From the NCBI GenBank assembly GCA_977017575.1, contig CDRNVI010000017.1, positions 1-64,000 on the forward strand: a stretch of DNA of 64,000 bases, written 5' to 3'. Positions within the stretch are counted from its first letter, which is position 1; each line of letters starts with the position of its first letter. Made by a program: the position numbers and the translations under genes. Source of the DNA: Paramoeba atlantica (lineage: Eukaryota; Protista; Discosea). Below, in pieces: positions 12,901 through 23,699 of this stretch. The notes below the pieces were generated by a model. That model had not been told where the DNA came from. It saw only the letters and a program-made list of their open reading frames with translations, and ran no database searches.

Positions 12901-14268
12901 ATTAGTTTCTTCGGATTCTTTCTGGGATCTTTTACATGGAGCACGCATAGCTGCTTTGACACTTGCATTAAATTTTTGACTTGTTTCTGAATTTTTAAGA
13001 GAGTCCCAATATGGCCTATCCTCCTGTTCTCTGGCCTTGGTTTTCCAACGAATTTGGAAATTTACAATGACTGCACAATGGGGTGTCGGACAAGGGGCCA
13101 TCATTACTCGTTGTAAACGTACAGCTGAACAAAAGCGCGAATTAAAAACTATGTGATCTAATTGTTTTGTCTTCCCGTCTGGGTTTTTTCTGGTTGGTGG
13201 AAAACGAAAAGTCCATTTCCGAGGCGAGGTACAGGTCTCGTGGGCTGATTTCGCACCCAAACTCTCAAGAAACTCTCTTAAAGCCTTAGCTCTCTTTGAC
13301 GAGCATTTTCGGCCCGACGGATTCTGTAGAGGAGCGTTAAAGTCACCACAGATAATTTTTAGTGCTGCATTAGACTCGTGCCAAGCGTCAAACAGTGACT
13401 TATTAAAATCCTCCTGAATATCTTGTTTTGAAGAAGCAATGGGGGAATAAACATTGAATAGCGTTGCTTTTGTGCTTCCAAAACGAACCGTCCCTTTCAT
13501 AATTCTGTCAGAGACCTTTTCAACAAATAATTGCATGCGGCTAATAAATGCCATACCATTATATCCATTTATTGCGCTCATAAGATATACATGTAGCCAA
13601 ATGCCTTCAATATAGAGTTTACGATGAACTATCGGTTCGCTGCTTTCAAAAGTGAGCCTAGTTTCTTGCAATCCAAAGATAGGAGCCTTACAGCTCTTCA
13701 TAAAAACAACCACCTTTTGCAATCTGAGACACTTCCGCAGAGCGTTTACATCAGCGCTTTTAACCTTCAACGTGTCAATATTTAAGGTACCGATATTCAA
13801 CCCCTCGTTCATAGCTGATATCATGGGCTTCTGCTCTCGGACGCCGCGCCGAGAGCAGCATTTGCGATTCCTAAACCTTTTGCGATATACCTTTACCTTC
13901 AGAGTTGCTACTTTTCCGCCTTGAATTAAAATTCGGGAATCCTTCGGAGGGAATGGAAAAAGACAATCCTTAGCTACATCGTATCTGATCAGGCTGGACC
14001 CGTTCCCACACGATATAACCGTCCCTTCCCATAGCCTCGTACACTTATCATACGTAGTACACCACGCGACAGCAAAGCGCTTCCCTGAAGATAAAGATAA
14101 AGCCAGCCGGCTCAGGGCCCGCGGCCGGAGTAAAGCTACTCCCTCTCTCTGCCGAGGAGGCAAAAAGAGGTTTCCCCGCTTGAACGTGGCCCTTCGAAGT
14201 TTGTCCTGGATCAAAAGCAAAGATTCAAAGGGTCCGGACGCCTCCGCCCGAATTTTATCAATTTCCAT
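10000..14268 (-). CDS. LINE polyprotein: N-terminal beta-barrel-like domain, APE endonuclease, RT, RNase H
   Basis: 1422 aa; GLQETR, NVYSP, GDFNA, LDHI (APE); RPNQFGFR, FVDFKQAF, GTLQGDVLAP, NYADD (RT); IYTDGS, VELYA, HTDS, VRAHEGNPHNEIAD (RNase H). Confidence 0.95.
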   Translation of the reverse strand: MEIDKIRAEASGPFESLLLIQDKLRRATFKRGNLFLPPRQREGVALLRPRALSRLALSLSSGKRFAVAWCTTYDKCTRLWEGTVISCGNGSSLIRYDVAKDCLFPFPPKDSRILIQGGKVATLKVKVYRKRFRNRKCCSRRGVREQKPMISAMNEGLNIGTLNIDTLKVKSADVNALRKCLRLQKVVVFMKSCKAPIFGLQETRLTFESSEPIVHRKLYIEGIWLHVYLMSAINGYNGMAFISRMQLFVEKVSDRIMKGTVRFGSTKATLFNVYSPIASSKQDIQEDFNKSLFDAWHESNAALKIICGDFNAPLQNPSGRKCSSKRAKALREFLESLGAKSAHETCTSPRKWTFRFPPTRKNPDGKTKQLDHIVFNSRFCSAVRLQRVMMAPCPTPHCAVIVNFQIRWKTKAREQEDRPYWDSLKNSETSQKFNASVKAAMRAPCKRSQKESEETNRWGRFSSSLIAASKTLPKLASSVEEKKSPNTHNLNLGSIIRLAKNKEKFKVCEQRYSNEMNECIISECNNIEKDLKRKPKSAFKAIRTMLGEHKKDFPVFGDSPQKGLIAVRNHFHSTDTLSIASQSFAFTPSSKCKIPILDEMFTKVELMDAISKMKYGKCPGADNIPAEVLRSIVQEDELSSILLEIMNEIYLTGASPDSWKTILQIPIPKKGNLSEIINWRPVCIVNHVVKLLNRMVLTRIQPAVESMLRPNQFGFRPHHSTNGAQAVFNEISSKAMRGSGVVVGFVDFKQAFPSVTWQAIRAALQAFGIPENLERVIMSIYTDLRAYIRTPYGNTEEFPISTGTLQGDVLAPYIFIMVLDRVLETAIDKNSYGLVTHSTGTKSRGEKAIRISDVNYADDIALFAHTKQELGNMLEKLAEVAGKVNLKMNMGINKTAWMTIGKCPDTNEELVLPSLGLIPKVKTYRYLGNATNPEDNLSTPRDRIRLGWYTMHRLRPVWNSPLSILCRTRIFQTLVMPVISYGCSTWKISTSDLLKMDTEISKMRRIVCCVHKSWDGQRSMRLESLYQGENKLSTVSKCQRASSIGHLVRHSPVFCNTMSWRDEDSSKNRSVSELCAKDLNLSTAEMLYYPVSRTSWAKKVDQLRDRLEPRPSYTQFNKSGWERKISAITNTKASQFVEEGPKPYARRKGELHIYTDGSLSTKKGASVGGSGFYILGQGFDQVMVSKKPPEDIESTITAVELYAVIEALQFSKDYGTDIVVHTDSHYIWEFFHIHRHRNRLIGFSDFQNPEILRKLCNICIKIESGSKNLFCVKVRAHEGNPHNEIADWLSKEAGTLDHTNAVTYRRCSGNVIGKRLISTREGIDNHPAGKRNPNPSKEKYPPKEKFQTKRDTKVKTKESSKNDVMNNIPKRTRSEDPERLKLQRNNKNQKAQTNIDGKSEIKPKLRSPQTKRKHSTERVSRD

Positions 14269-14375
14269 TAATAAAATTTACAAGCTTAATAAAATTTACA
14301 AGCTTAATAAAATTTACAAGCTTAATAAAATTTACAAGCTTAATAAAATTTACAAGCTTAATAAAATTTACAAGC
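14268..14375. repeat. Tandem repeat (TTAATAAAATTTACAAGC)x6
   Basis: Read directly; abuts the L2 start codon. Confidence 0.97.
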
Positions 14376-17300
14376 TCTCTTGGGCCTTTCTATTTACACT
14401 CTCTTGGGCCTTTCTTCGAAACAGTGAAAATCGTCAAGCATTTATTACCAAAGTTCACTCTCAATCTGAGAAGGGGGGTAATATCAAGCAAGGGTGGGAA
14501 CGACTTTCGAACAGTATAATAACCGCCGCCAAAAATTTTAAGAAGCCACAAAAACGTACGATAAACAGAGAACCTATTAAGCATGTGAAGATAAATAACC
14601 TGCGGGGCCTTTATCAGAGAAGCAGACAGAAGACTACGTTTAATGAGTTAATAAAAGAACATAAAAAAGATATTGAACAGACCATTTCGGAAGAATGCTT
14701 AGAACTTGAGAACAAGCTTCGCAAGAATCACTCAAATCCATGGAGAACTCTTCGGCAAATATGTGGACAATACCGTACTCAGTTCAATACAAATGGTGAG
14801 ACGCGTGATATGAAACTACAAGCGATCGGTGAACATTTCTTAAAATTCAGTAATTATGATGCAGGAGATCCAAATATCAGTTTCGACCCTATTCCACCAT
14901 TATTCGTGCCGATCGAGGGTGGCCCATTTATTGTTGAGGAGTTGACTTTGTCAGTGAAGCATTTTGGGAGAGGACGAGCACCCGGAAGCGACGGAATACC
15001 TATGGAGGCCCTACAAGCTATCGCAAGTCACGAAGTTCTAAGAGAGCATCTTTTAGGTATAATAAACAAAGTTTATGAGACCGGGTCTACGGATGAAGCT
15101 TGGCGAATGACACTCCAGATACCCATACCAAAGAAAGGGGATCTCACTGACATTTCAAACTGGAGGCCGATATGTGTGGTGAATAGCGTTGTTAAACTGA
15201 TGAATCACATGATTCTTTCACGCATTCGGCCCAGCGTAGAAGGTTTCCTACGCGATAATCAGTATGGGTTTCGGCCAAACAGATCTACAGCTGGCGCCCA
15301 AATCATTATGAACGAGGTTAAAACCAAGGCTTTTCGAAAAGACGGAATAATGGTAGCCTTTGTAGATTTTGCTAAAGCATTTCCCTCCGTATCCTTTGCT
15401 GCTATAAAAGCCTGCCTAAATGCTTTCCGAGTTGGCAATCGATTGTCCACCACAATCTTGTCCATCTATCGCGACTTGAAAGGAACAGTTCGAACGCCGT
15501 TTGGTAATACTGAACCTTTTCCAATCACCACAGGGATTCTACAAGGGGATGTATTAGCTCCCTATCTATTCGTTATGGTGATGGACAGGATTCTACACAA
15601 GGCTCTCGACGACGGATCAGATGGTGTTCTTCTGAAATCTAGAGGTACACGAAAGCGAGGGTTAAACGAAAAACGACTGAGTGATATCGATTATGCCGAC
15701 GACGTCGCGCTATTTAGTGATTCGAGGGAAGGTTTGCAAAATATGATAAACAGCGTTTCTCGGGAAGCAGTCAAAGCTAATCTACGACTTGCGGTTGGTC
15801 AAACGAAAACTGCATGGATGTCTTTTGGTAAAGTTGCACGTTCCGAAAACGACCCCGTCATCTACAACAACAACTTGGAGGTACCAAAGGTGGGGTCATA
15901 CAGGCATCTGGGGCAACGTCAAGATCAAGATTTTTCTTCCACCGTAAAAGATCGATTAAAGCTTGCATTGGGATCACTCCATCGTTTAAATGGAATTTGG
16001 TCTTCTCCTCTAAGTGAAGGGATGAAACTTCGACTTTATGATGCCTTAGTTTACCCTGTGCTGAATTTTGGAATGGGAGCAGTTCATATTTCTCAAAAGG
16101 AGCTCCGTAAAATTGATATTGAGGTCAACACAATGAGAAGAATTGCCACCCGTTCAAACAAAGTTGATGAGTACGGGTTATGCTACCCCAACGCTTCTCT
16201 CTATGTTAATACCGACCGGTTTTCTACTATTCATAAAGTACAGCGAGCAAAACTGGTGGGACATATGATCCGTCATTCTTCAGACTTTCGGGAACTGATT
16301 CAATGGAAACAACGTAGCAACGCTAGATTACCTTCCCCAAGTGAAGCTTGTGTTAAAGATCTTGGCATTACTATTGAACAAGCATTGGTTTACGCCATGG
16401 ACCGCGAGCATTGGTTCAGAATTACAGAACAACTTCGTGACAACCTTGAACCAGCTGCAACCTATATAAAATCTGGCACGCAAAAGTGGAGAACCGCCGT
16501 CACAAAAGCCAAGAAGACTAAAGACTTGCGCGAGTTACAGTATATTGAAGAGTCAACGGATCCTTTCCCTAACTTTAAAGCTATGCAGATATATACGGAT
16601 GCTTCTATTAAGAGTATGGTTAGTTCTCAGGAAATTCGAAGTGGCGCTGGTATTGTGGTTATACCAACGAAAAAAGATCCAATAAGATGTTCAATCCCAC
16701 TGGAAGTTACAACAATTGAGAGAGCAGAACTTCAATCGTTTTATTTAGCTCTCAACAAATTGCCAGAAAATTCATGCGCGTGCTTGTTTCACACAGATTC
16801 GCATTACGTTTGGGACTTCTTTCACAATTTACGAAATAAACGGCGCATTGTGGGATACACTGGGACAAAAAATGGCGACCTAATGTATGATGTGGACGCA
16901 AAGCTCAGGTTACTAAAATTCCATTCGTATAATATATATTTGTGCAAGGTAAAGGCGCACATTGGAAACAAATGGAATGAGGAGGCAGATGGTCTAGCAC
17001 TTTTGGCATCACGAAAAGTGGCACGGGCTCCGACCCAAAAAAGGAGAAAAACGACTGCTAACTCGGAGGATAGTGAGAATTCACAACCGTTATGGTCTTT
17101 GAAAGCCTTACTCAAAAGGAAGTCCCTTGGAAATAAGCAAGCACGAGACATTCCATCATCCAAGCGCGAAGCTGAGGCGGAAGGGGTATTTCGAGGGAAG
17201 GTTGCGAGAGCTGGCGGTAATAGGAAACCGTCTAAGTAAGGAGAGAATTGATGGAATTATTTCTTTGCCAACTTAGAATACCTTGAGGATTATTCATAGG

Positions 17301-17444
17301 TTATCGGAAAAATATTGTTTGTTTGTACCGTATCAGACACATATAAACTCTGAACGTGGAAGCGATAGATGAAAGCTTTCAAGGTGTAAACATTAAGTTT
17401 TTCAACCGACTTTACGTCGGTCTTTTGGATTGGATTGGATATAT
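14376..17444 (+). mobile_element. LINE L1 copy a, 3' part (RT + RNase H, stop 17239, 3' UTR, (TTGGA)3 tail)
   Basis: Near-identical to 57445-60483; DYADD, IYTDAS; right TSD TGGGACCCTTACGG 17445-17458; the N-terminus of track ORF 14180 is spurious repeat translation. Confidence 0.93.
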
Positions 17445-18044
17445 TGGGACCCTTACGGAAAAGCAGGCTACAAATAAATTGTATGCCGAATTGAATGTGA
17501 CCCTCATGCGAGCACAGGCTCGTATGATGGTTACACGCATGGCTGTGCCCGACCCGAACGAGCCCATCACGGAAGGATAGTGTCGGACCCAACGGATCCT
17601 ATGGTGGTGACATAGGCCACGGGTGCTGGTCGGGTCGACAGAGTCTATGCTCACGCCTAGCCCGCGAGGGCTAGGTACCCCAAGTGAGGTAGTACACGGG
17701 TAGTGAATCTCCTCCCCGTCGGCCAGCATCCTGTTTCGCGACCGTGTCGCTGTCGACACAGGCCCGCGCCTGCGCCCTCCCATATAGCAAGGGAAGGGTT
17801 CACAAGTCAGGCCGTGGAGTGGTCGAAAGACCCGGTCCGGAACGCGCGGATGGATTGGGCGTGGATTGCTTCCTTTTTTATTATTATTGTTATCAGAATC
17901 ATAAATAGCTTAAGGCAGGTTGAATTACTAGTTTTGGGCCACAACATGTGAAATTGCTAATTTGATTGCTTGTTTACAAATGATATACCCCCCCCCCAAT
18001 GGACCTTCATGGTTCATGTATTGGGTAATAAAAAAAAAAAAAAA
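17445..18044 (+). mobile_element. 3' remainder of type A copy 1 (ORF end at 17580, structured 3' UTR, A15)
   Basis: Continues A sequence after the TSD (EKQATNKLYAELN...PITEG*), matches 54535-54948. Confidence 0.92.
17621..17859 (+). ncRNA. Conserved structured 3'-UTR RNA module, type A copy
   Basis: Helices GGGTGCTGGTCG/CGGCCAGCATCC, CTCAC/GTGAG, CCTAGCCC-GCGA-GGGCTAGG, GTGTCG-CTGT-CGACAC, GGTC-GAAA-GACC; shared by families A-E. Confidence 0.7.
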
Positions 18045-19575
18045 GCGGACGGGGTCCTGGGGTTTGGAGGTTGTCCCTATAATTTTGGAAGGTTATGGAT
18101 GTTAATCGGTTAACAGCTCTTTATTCTCACGCCTTGTTTTTTCGGAAGCAAGGTTCCCCAATGTGAGGTAGAGATGAGTAAAGGTTTCCTTTGCTCTGCG
18201 GTTAGCGCCTTAATGTTTTTTAGCCGCGTCACTGTTGACACGGCCCTACGCATCACGCCTAGTTGCTCTACACTTCTAGGTACACAAGTTGGTCTAGGGC
18301 AGGGGTTAAAAGCGTAACCTGCGTAGCTCGTGTGAGCTTGTAAAGGGCGTGGCAGTGGACTGGTCATCTATTGCTATCGTTATCCTTTTGTGAGTTCTGG
18401 GATGGTATATGAAAAATTATTTTACTATGTGATTGGGCATTTCTTTGTTATTTTATTTTGATTGTGTGACGTGTGTGTGGGCAGGTTGGCCGAGGGTTCC
18501 GGTGGGGGGGAACCCCGTTAACAACGTGACACATTATTATTGGTTCTATGCAGGCTTTCTTTTGAACTATGTTTGTGCATGTGAATTCTATCTATATATC
18601 GTATTATGTGTTCTTTGATTTTGGGACGATTTGGAAGTGTGATTATATTAGTCATATGTATTTACTTTATATGTATTTATTTTTTTGAGGCTTTTGGGAG
18701 ATATGATTCAGGTACGTAATCACCTCCAGGCTCTTATTCTGTTGCTATCTGGTTTTTGATCGAACTACGGCACTGCCCGGTACCAAACATAACAAGGTAC
18801 TAAACAACTAGGGTGAGTGACCTGCATGCTTATTTTCATGTTTTCTTATTCTACATTTCACATTGTAGATTCTTTTATTGCTGTCCGGTTTCGATTTGAT
18901 TGTGGCACCATCCGGTACCGAATATAACAAGGTACTACACAACTAGGGTGACTGCCACACAGGATTTTTTTTCGGTTCGCGAGGCGAGTGAGTGTTCCTT
19001 ATTGTAAGACCTTTCCTTATTGTAAGACCTTTCCTTATTGTAAGACCTTTCCTTATTGTAAGACCTTTCCTTATTGTAAGATTTACTTATATTTGTTTGT
19101 TACTTATAAGTTTCATGGAGCCCCCTCGGCTTGGATTTCTAATAGTCCACGTTTTGAAATTTAGCCGAGGGGCTGTTATATATTTGCCTGCTGGCCCTTC
19201 GTGGCACATAGTTTCTTCGAATTATGATTTGTATTCAGAATTTTACATGGGATGGGTATTTACTATTATCTTATATATCCTTGTTAGGTTGTTATTTTAC
19301 TTTGCTTTAAGTTTTTGTGCCCACCCACCAAGCCCCCAGCCATTTGGCCGAGGGTTCCGGTGGGGGGGAATCCCGTTAACAACGTGACACATTATTATTG
19401 GTTTTATGCAGGCTTTCTTTTGAACTATGTTTGTGCATGTGAATTCTATCTATATATCGTATTATGTGTTCTTTGATTTTGGGACGATTTGGAAGTGTGA
19501 TTATATTAGTCATAGGTATTTACTTATATTTGTTTGTTACTTATAAGTTTCATGGAGCCCCCTCGGCGTGGATTT
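18045..19575. repeat. AT-rich non-coding region with internal direct repeats (unassigned)
   Basis: ~185-bp repeat at 18486-18670 / 19344-19527; ~55-bp repeat at 19081-19138 / 19518-19575; ~40-bp core repeat at 18777 / 18912. Confidence 0.75.
18995..19081. repeat. Tandem repeat (TTCCTTATTGTAAGACCT)x~4.8
   Basis: Read directly. Confidence 0.95.
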
Positions 19576-22016
19576 CACAAGTAAAAATCTTCGCATTCAT
19601 CGACGACATAAACCTAGCATCTGAGGACCAACTTTGAACACATGGAAGCGGGAGAACATCTTAGTGAGGCACAACGTCTGGAATTGGAAATCGACCGTCG
19701 CTCGATAAGGAATGCACTACAAGCGGCCAAGGCGGACAACCTCAGCAAGGCAACAAGAATTCTAGACAATATATACAAAGATTCATTCCTCAATGCTGAT
19801 GAGAAGTCGAACAAGCTTAGCGACCTTCACCCCAAAGGTCCCTTACCACAAAACATCGATGGAGACTTCCCTCGAATCGGGGTAGTTGATCAATCGGAGT
19901 TGCGTCAAGCGACGGCAAGGCTATCAAAAGGATCATCGCCAGGGCCCACAGGATTCAGTGAAAACATGATGAGACTTCTAGTAGAGGATGAGGAATCGTG
20001 TCTCGCACTCTGTCACATGTTCCGCGACGTCATCAACGGAGATCTCGCAGAAAACGTTCGTCAACGCCTAACTCGCTGCAGGATCATCGCGTTAGCAAAA
20101 CCTCAGAACGGGATACGACCAGTGGCAATGGGAGACACTATCCTCAAGATCTGCGGAACGATTCTTTTAATGCGACACAGCAATACAGTGGTTCCAGAAG
20201 GTTTTCCATTACAGTGGTTCCAGAAGGCCCCTCCCTGCGCTACCCAACCACTTCCATTAGAATCTTTGGGGGTAAACTTTCGGACGGATGCCATTAAGAT
20301 TCTTGGTGCTTACATTGGCGCGGACCAGGTGGTAGAAAGTTTGCTTCTTCAAAAACTCGAGAAACACAAATGTCTGTTCCGCAGACTCCTAAAGATGGGT
20401 CCGAGCAACCTCTCACTGGCCATTTTGCGACGCTGTACAATTCCGCGACACGATTATCATCTTCGCGTACACAGACCGAATGCCACTCTTCATTTAGCGC
20501 ATGTTTTCGACACAGAGGTGGGTAAGGTCTTGGAAAAGTGGTGCGGAGCTGACTCCAATGCTTTGCAACTCGCAGCACTTCCAAAAAAATTTGGTGGTTT
20601 AGGTATCACATCCACGATTCTGAAACACAAGTACTTCTTTGAAGCTGCCCAAACATCTATCGAAGAGCACCCAAAACCCATTAACGCTCCGGTAGGTTAT
20701 AAAGGTAGCGACAAAGGTCAGAAGAAAATGCAGGATCGAAAAGAGGTGGCACGAAAACTTCTGAAGAAGAACTTAAACACGGAGTATGAAAAGCAAGTCG
20801 CAGAACTTAAGAAACATTCGCATTTAGAGCTCATTCTGAACCGAAGCAAAGAAGCGAACTTACATTTAGAGAGTACGAATAACTATGTGAATCCTTACCT
20901 TTTCCGCTACACCCTAATGATGCGACTTGGAATAAGTCTACCGAAAGCGCCAATAAACGTCGTATGCCCGGGATGCTGTGGTCCAGAAACATCTTTTAGT
21001 ATTATTCCACATATCGCAGGATGCTCGAGATGCTCAGGTATGAACTGCACTCGTAAACACTCTCACATCGTGCGCTATCTAGCTGACTTGTGCGCGAAGG
21101 CAGGACTTCCGTGTGTTATCGAACCGCGAATTCACTCCTCATTTTATTGTACAAAGTGTAAATGCTCTATTTCTGCGGAGGTTTCTGACCAACATCCATG
21201 TAAGGCGCGCAGGATTCGATCTGGCCCCGACCTCGCTATCATGTGGCCCCATATGGGAGAAGTCCTCTATGATTTCACAGTGGTTCACACTTGCTGCAAC
21301 AGTTACAAGAAACAAACAAGCAACTACCTACTGCAGCAAGCCCAGGAAAGGAAGTTCAAGAAATATGTGACAGAGAAAGGTGTGGACAGTGAGGCATTTC
21401 GTTGCATCGCCGCCTCAGATTGTGGTGTGTTGCACAACGACACAAAACAACTATTAAAGGCGTTGGCTCAGCGCGCGAATCGAAAATATGAAAACGTGCG
21501 TGAGGCTTTTCAGCTGGAACTTGAAAAGCTATCGGCTTACACGGTAGTGTCTCAACTCCGAGATTACATCACCGATGAAAAGTGGATTGGGAGTTTACGA
21601 CTCTAAAAGAGTTCACTACCACACGTATATCTCCGTACAAATAAGTATTGATTAGTTGCCTTCGAATATATTAGGTCCTTTCGAATGTATTAGATACTGC
21701 TACTTCTGCATTGATTCTTCATCACGTTTGACAACAATTGGCGCGTATACAATAATTGATCCGGGAACTGTTCTTTTTTACTTTGAGGCTTTGCTGGTTT
21801 CGAGGGGACAAGTGTCATCCATGCTGTTTTATGCTGTTTTATGTGGTCCAACATATATTCGATTATTGAAAATTGTTGATCTTACCATGTGAATGGAACG
21901 ATGCGTATTGCATCGGTACACGAACATTGCCCCGTAGTTTGTTCAAATTAGTTTCTACGGATAGTTGCCGGGGATTTCCAGACGGCGAGTAAGTTCAAAA
22001 AAAAAAAAAAAAAAAA
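19576..22016 (+). mobile_element. Type F element copy 2, 5'-truncated, with in-frame internal loss of the RT core; A20 tail
   Basis: ORF 19642-21606 has GIRPVAMGD then jumps to the thumb region; no D..NAF, QG or YxDD motifs; CCHC and RLE intact. Confidence 0.88.
19642..21606 (+). pseudogene. RT-deleted F polyprotein (654 aa; retains CCHC + RLE)
   Basis: Comparison with the G1 ORF shows the segment between ..LKICGTILLMRH and ..VVPEG/WF is missing. Confidence 0.8.
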
Positions 22017-22259
22017 GCGATGACCGTAAATTTCTGGTAGAGTGAAGTTCGAGTTGTGTCATCGCAACTTTCCTTTTGCGAGTGGAAAAAGGTTATAAGT
22101 CACTAGAGTAAAATAATGTATAGTATAGTATGCTAAAAGTATAATTACATGGTTCCCCCCGGAGGGGGCAAAATCAGGTACATATATGTATATGTGCCCC
22201 GTAGGGCCACGGTCAAAGAATAAATATTTTCTTCAAGCAATTCTTTCCGTAAACTCTAA

Positions 22260-22903
22260 GGATAACCGATCACCTAGGCGACCCTTGGAAACACGAAGGC
22301 AACACCAACAGACTATTAAGGACAGCACCCTCGGCGAACAAACGCCGACACGCTCTCAGCCAGCCCACCAGATCCAATCACCTCCAAAGCATTCCTCCGG
22401 CACAAAACCCATGACTAGCGAAACTGGTTGTTCCGAAGCACAATCGGACGGTAGGCGCGAAGACTTTGGCAACAGATATGCCCCACGAAACGGAAGCGAC
22501 AAGCCCCCACCACTTCCGCAGAGCGCTCCCAAACACCGCATCTGTCCTGCTGAAGGATGCGCCTGGCGCACGATTGCACATGGAGGGTCTTGGCAAGCAT
22601 TTTATAACCACGTAGCGTACCACCACAGTACCGGCGTCCCGGCTGCATGGTGGGCAGCGGAAGGCAAGTTCCTTTGTGAAACGTGCGGCAAACACTACAC
22701 GCTCAACCGTAAAACTACGCACCCGAAGACCTGCATCGGTCAATCAAGTCAAGCAGCACAAATGTCAGTAGATATTTTTTCGCAGCACTCCATCGTAACA
22801 GAAACCGCCGAATTACCTACTTTGGCAAGTGTCTGCACACTCGCGAAGAGCACATGTAAAGACGTGCCCCACCGATGCCGTCAGCTGTGGGCGGAGATCT
22901 TAA
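22260..22903 (+). pseudogene. Type A internal fragment (2x C2H2 region); duplicated at 38899-39542
   Basis: Same 5' breakpoint as 4974; ends at GAGATCTTAAC and joins G2. Confidence 0.9.
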
Positions 22904-23628
22904 CCTCGGCAATTTTCTTCAACCTCGGCAATTTTCTTCATTTCAGTGCTCCGGATGCCAGAATAGTGTAACCGAGGAAAATCTCACAGAACACCAGCGC
23001 AGCTGTCGCGGCAGTGTCCGCAGATCTGGGCCCGACCTTATGATCTACTGGGCAGACGGTCCGATGTATTATGACCTAACTGTAGTTCACGAGTTTTCAG
23101 CAGCTCACATAAACAAAACGCCTCAAAAAATGATGAACGAAGTCATCACGAAGAAACGCGACCGTTACGTAACTTCTGGGATGATTGCGAATGATCGTTT
23201 CATGTGTATCCCTGTCCTTTCGGGTGGAGCGCTACATAAGCATACAAAACGTCTATTAACAGCTTTAGCAGATCGTTGCCTTATTTAGAATTCAGGAGCG
23301 ATGTCTGACCCAGATGGAGCGATAACTCTAGAGCGCCCAAAACTCCCTTTCAGCTCGGGCTGTCGATCCACCAGGTTCAATTTCTCCTTACGCTTTTTAA
23401 GACTGAGAGGATAAAAATGGAGGCTCTCCAAGAAGACGTGCAGAGCGGCAGTATTAGGGAAGTTGGAAAGAAGTGTGAAGGTGAGTAGTCAAAGGCTGCG
23501 AGTTGCAGCAAACAGATCGTGCGTCCTTCTAATGTTGAAGGCTTGAAAGTAGTAGTGCTTGATATGCTTTTTTTTGTTTACTAAAAGTTTACGAAAAGAA
23601 TTGTACAATGGAAATTTTGATTTCTGAG

Positions 23629-23663
<35 letters not shown>
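22904..23663 (+). mobile_element. 5'-truncated G2 fragment (RLE C-terminus, stop 23288, ~345-nt trailer, A31); duplicated at 39543-40302
   Basis: FQCSGC..RRSGPDLMIYWADGPMYYDLTVVHE is homologous to the G1 RLE; poly(A) 23633-23663. Confidence 0.85.
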
Positions 23664-23665
<2 letters not shown>

Positions 23666-23699
23666 TTAACGATAAAGATACAGTTTCTGTACCTTGTTG
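23662..23699 (+). other. Spliced-leader-like sequence at the 5' end of B copy 1
   Basis: AACTTTAACGATAAAGATACAGTTTCTGTACCTTGTTG; the core ACAGTTTCTGTAC..TTG matches euglenozoan SL exons; followed by AATT, not GT. Confidence 0.78.

Larger units (their letters stand above)
9542..14375 (-). mobile_element. APE-RT-RNase H LINE type L2, apparently full length, nested inside L1a; (TTG)8 tail, 5' 18-mer array
   Basis: (CAA)8 at 9542-9565 on + strand, AT-rich 3' UTR 9566-9999, intact ORF, 6x18-bp repeat at the 5' end; host lacks ~85 bp relative to L1b. Confidence 0.9.

Noticed and set aside
14180-14400. N-terminus of the 1019-aa track ORF (KIYKLN repeats)
   Set aside because: Read-through of the antisense L2 5' end and the 18-mer array; genuine L1 coding resumes at ~14400
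23286-23570. Minus-strand ~95-codon stretch with one in-frame TGA in the G2 trailer (also ~39925-40210)
   Set aside because: No start codon, no recognisable motif; compatible with chance
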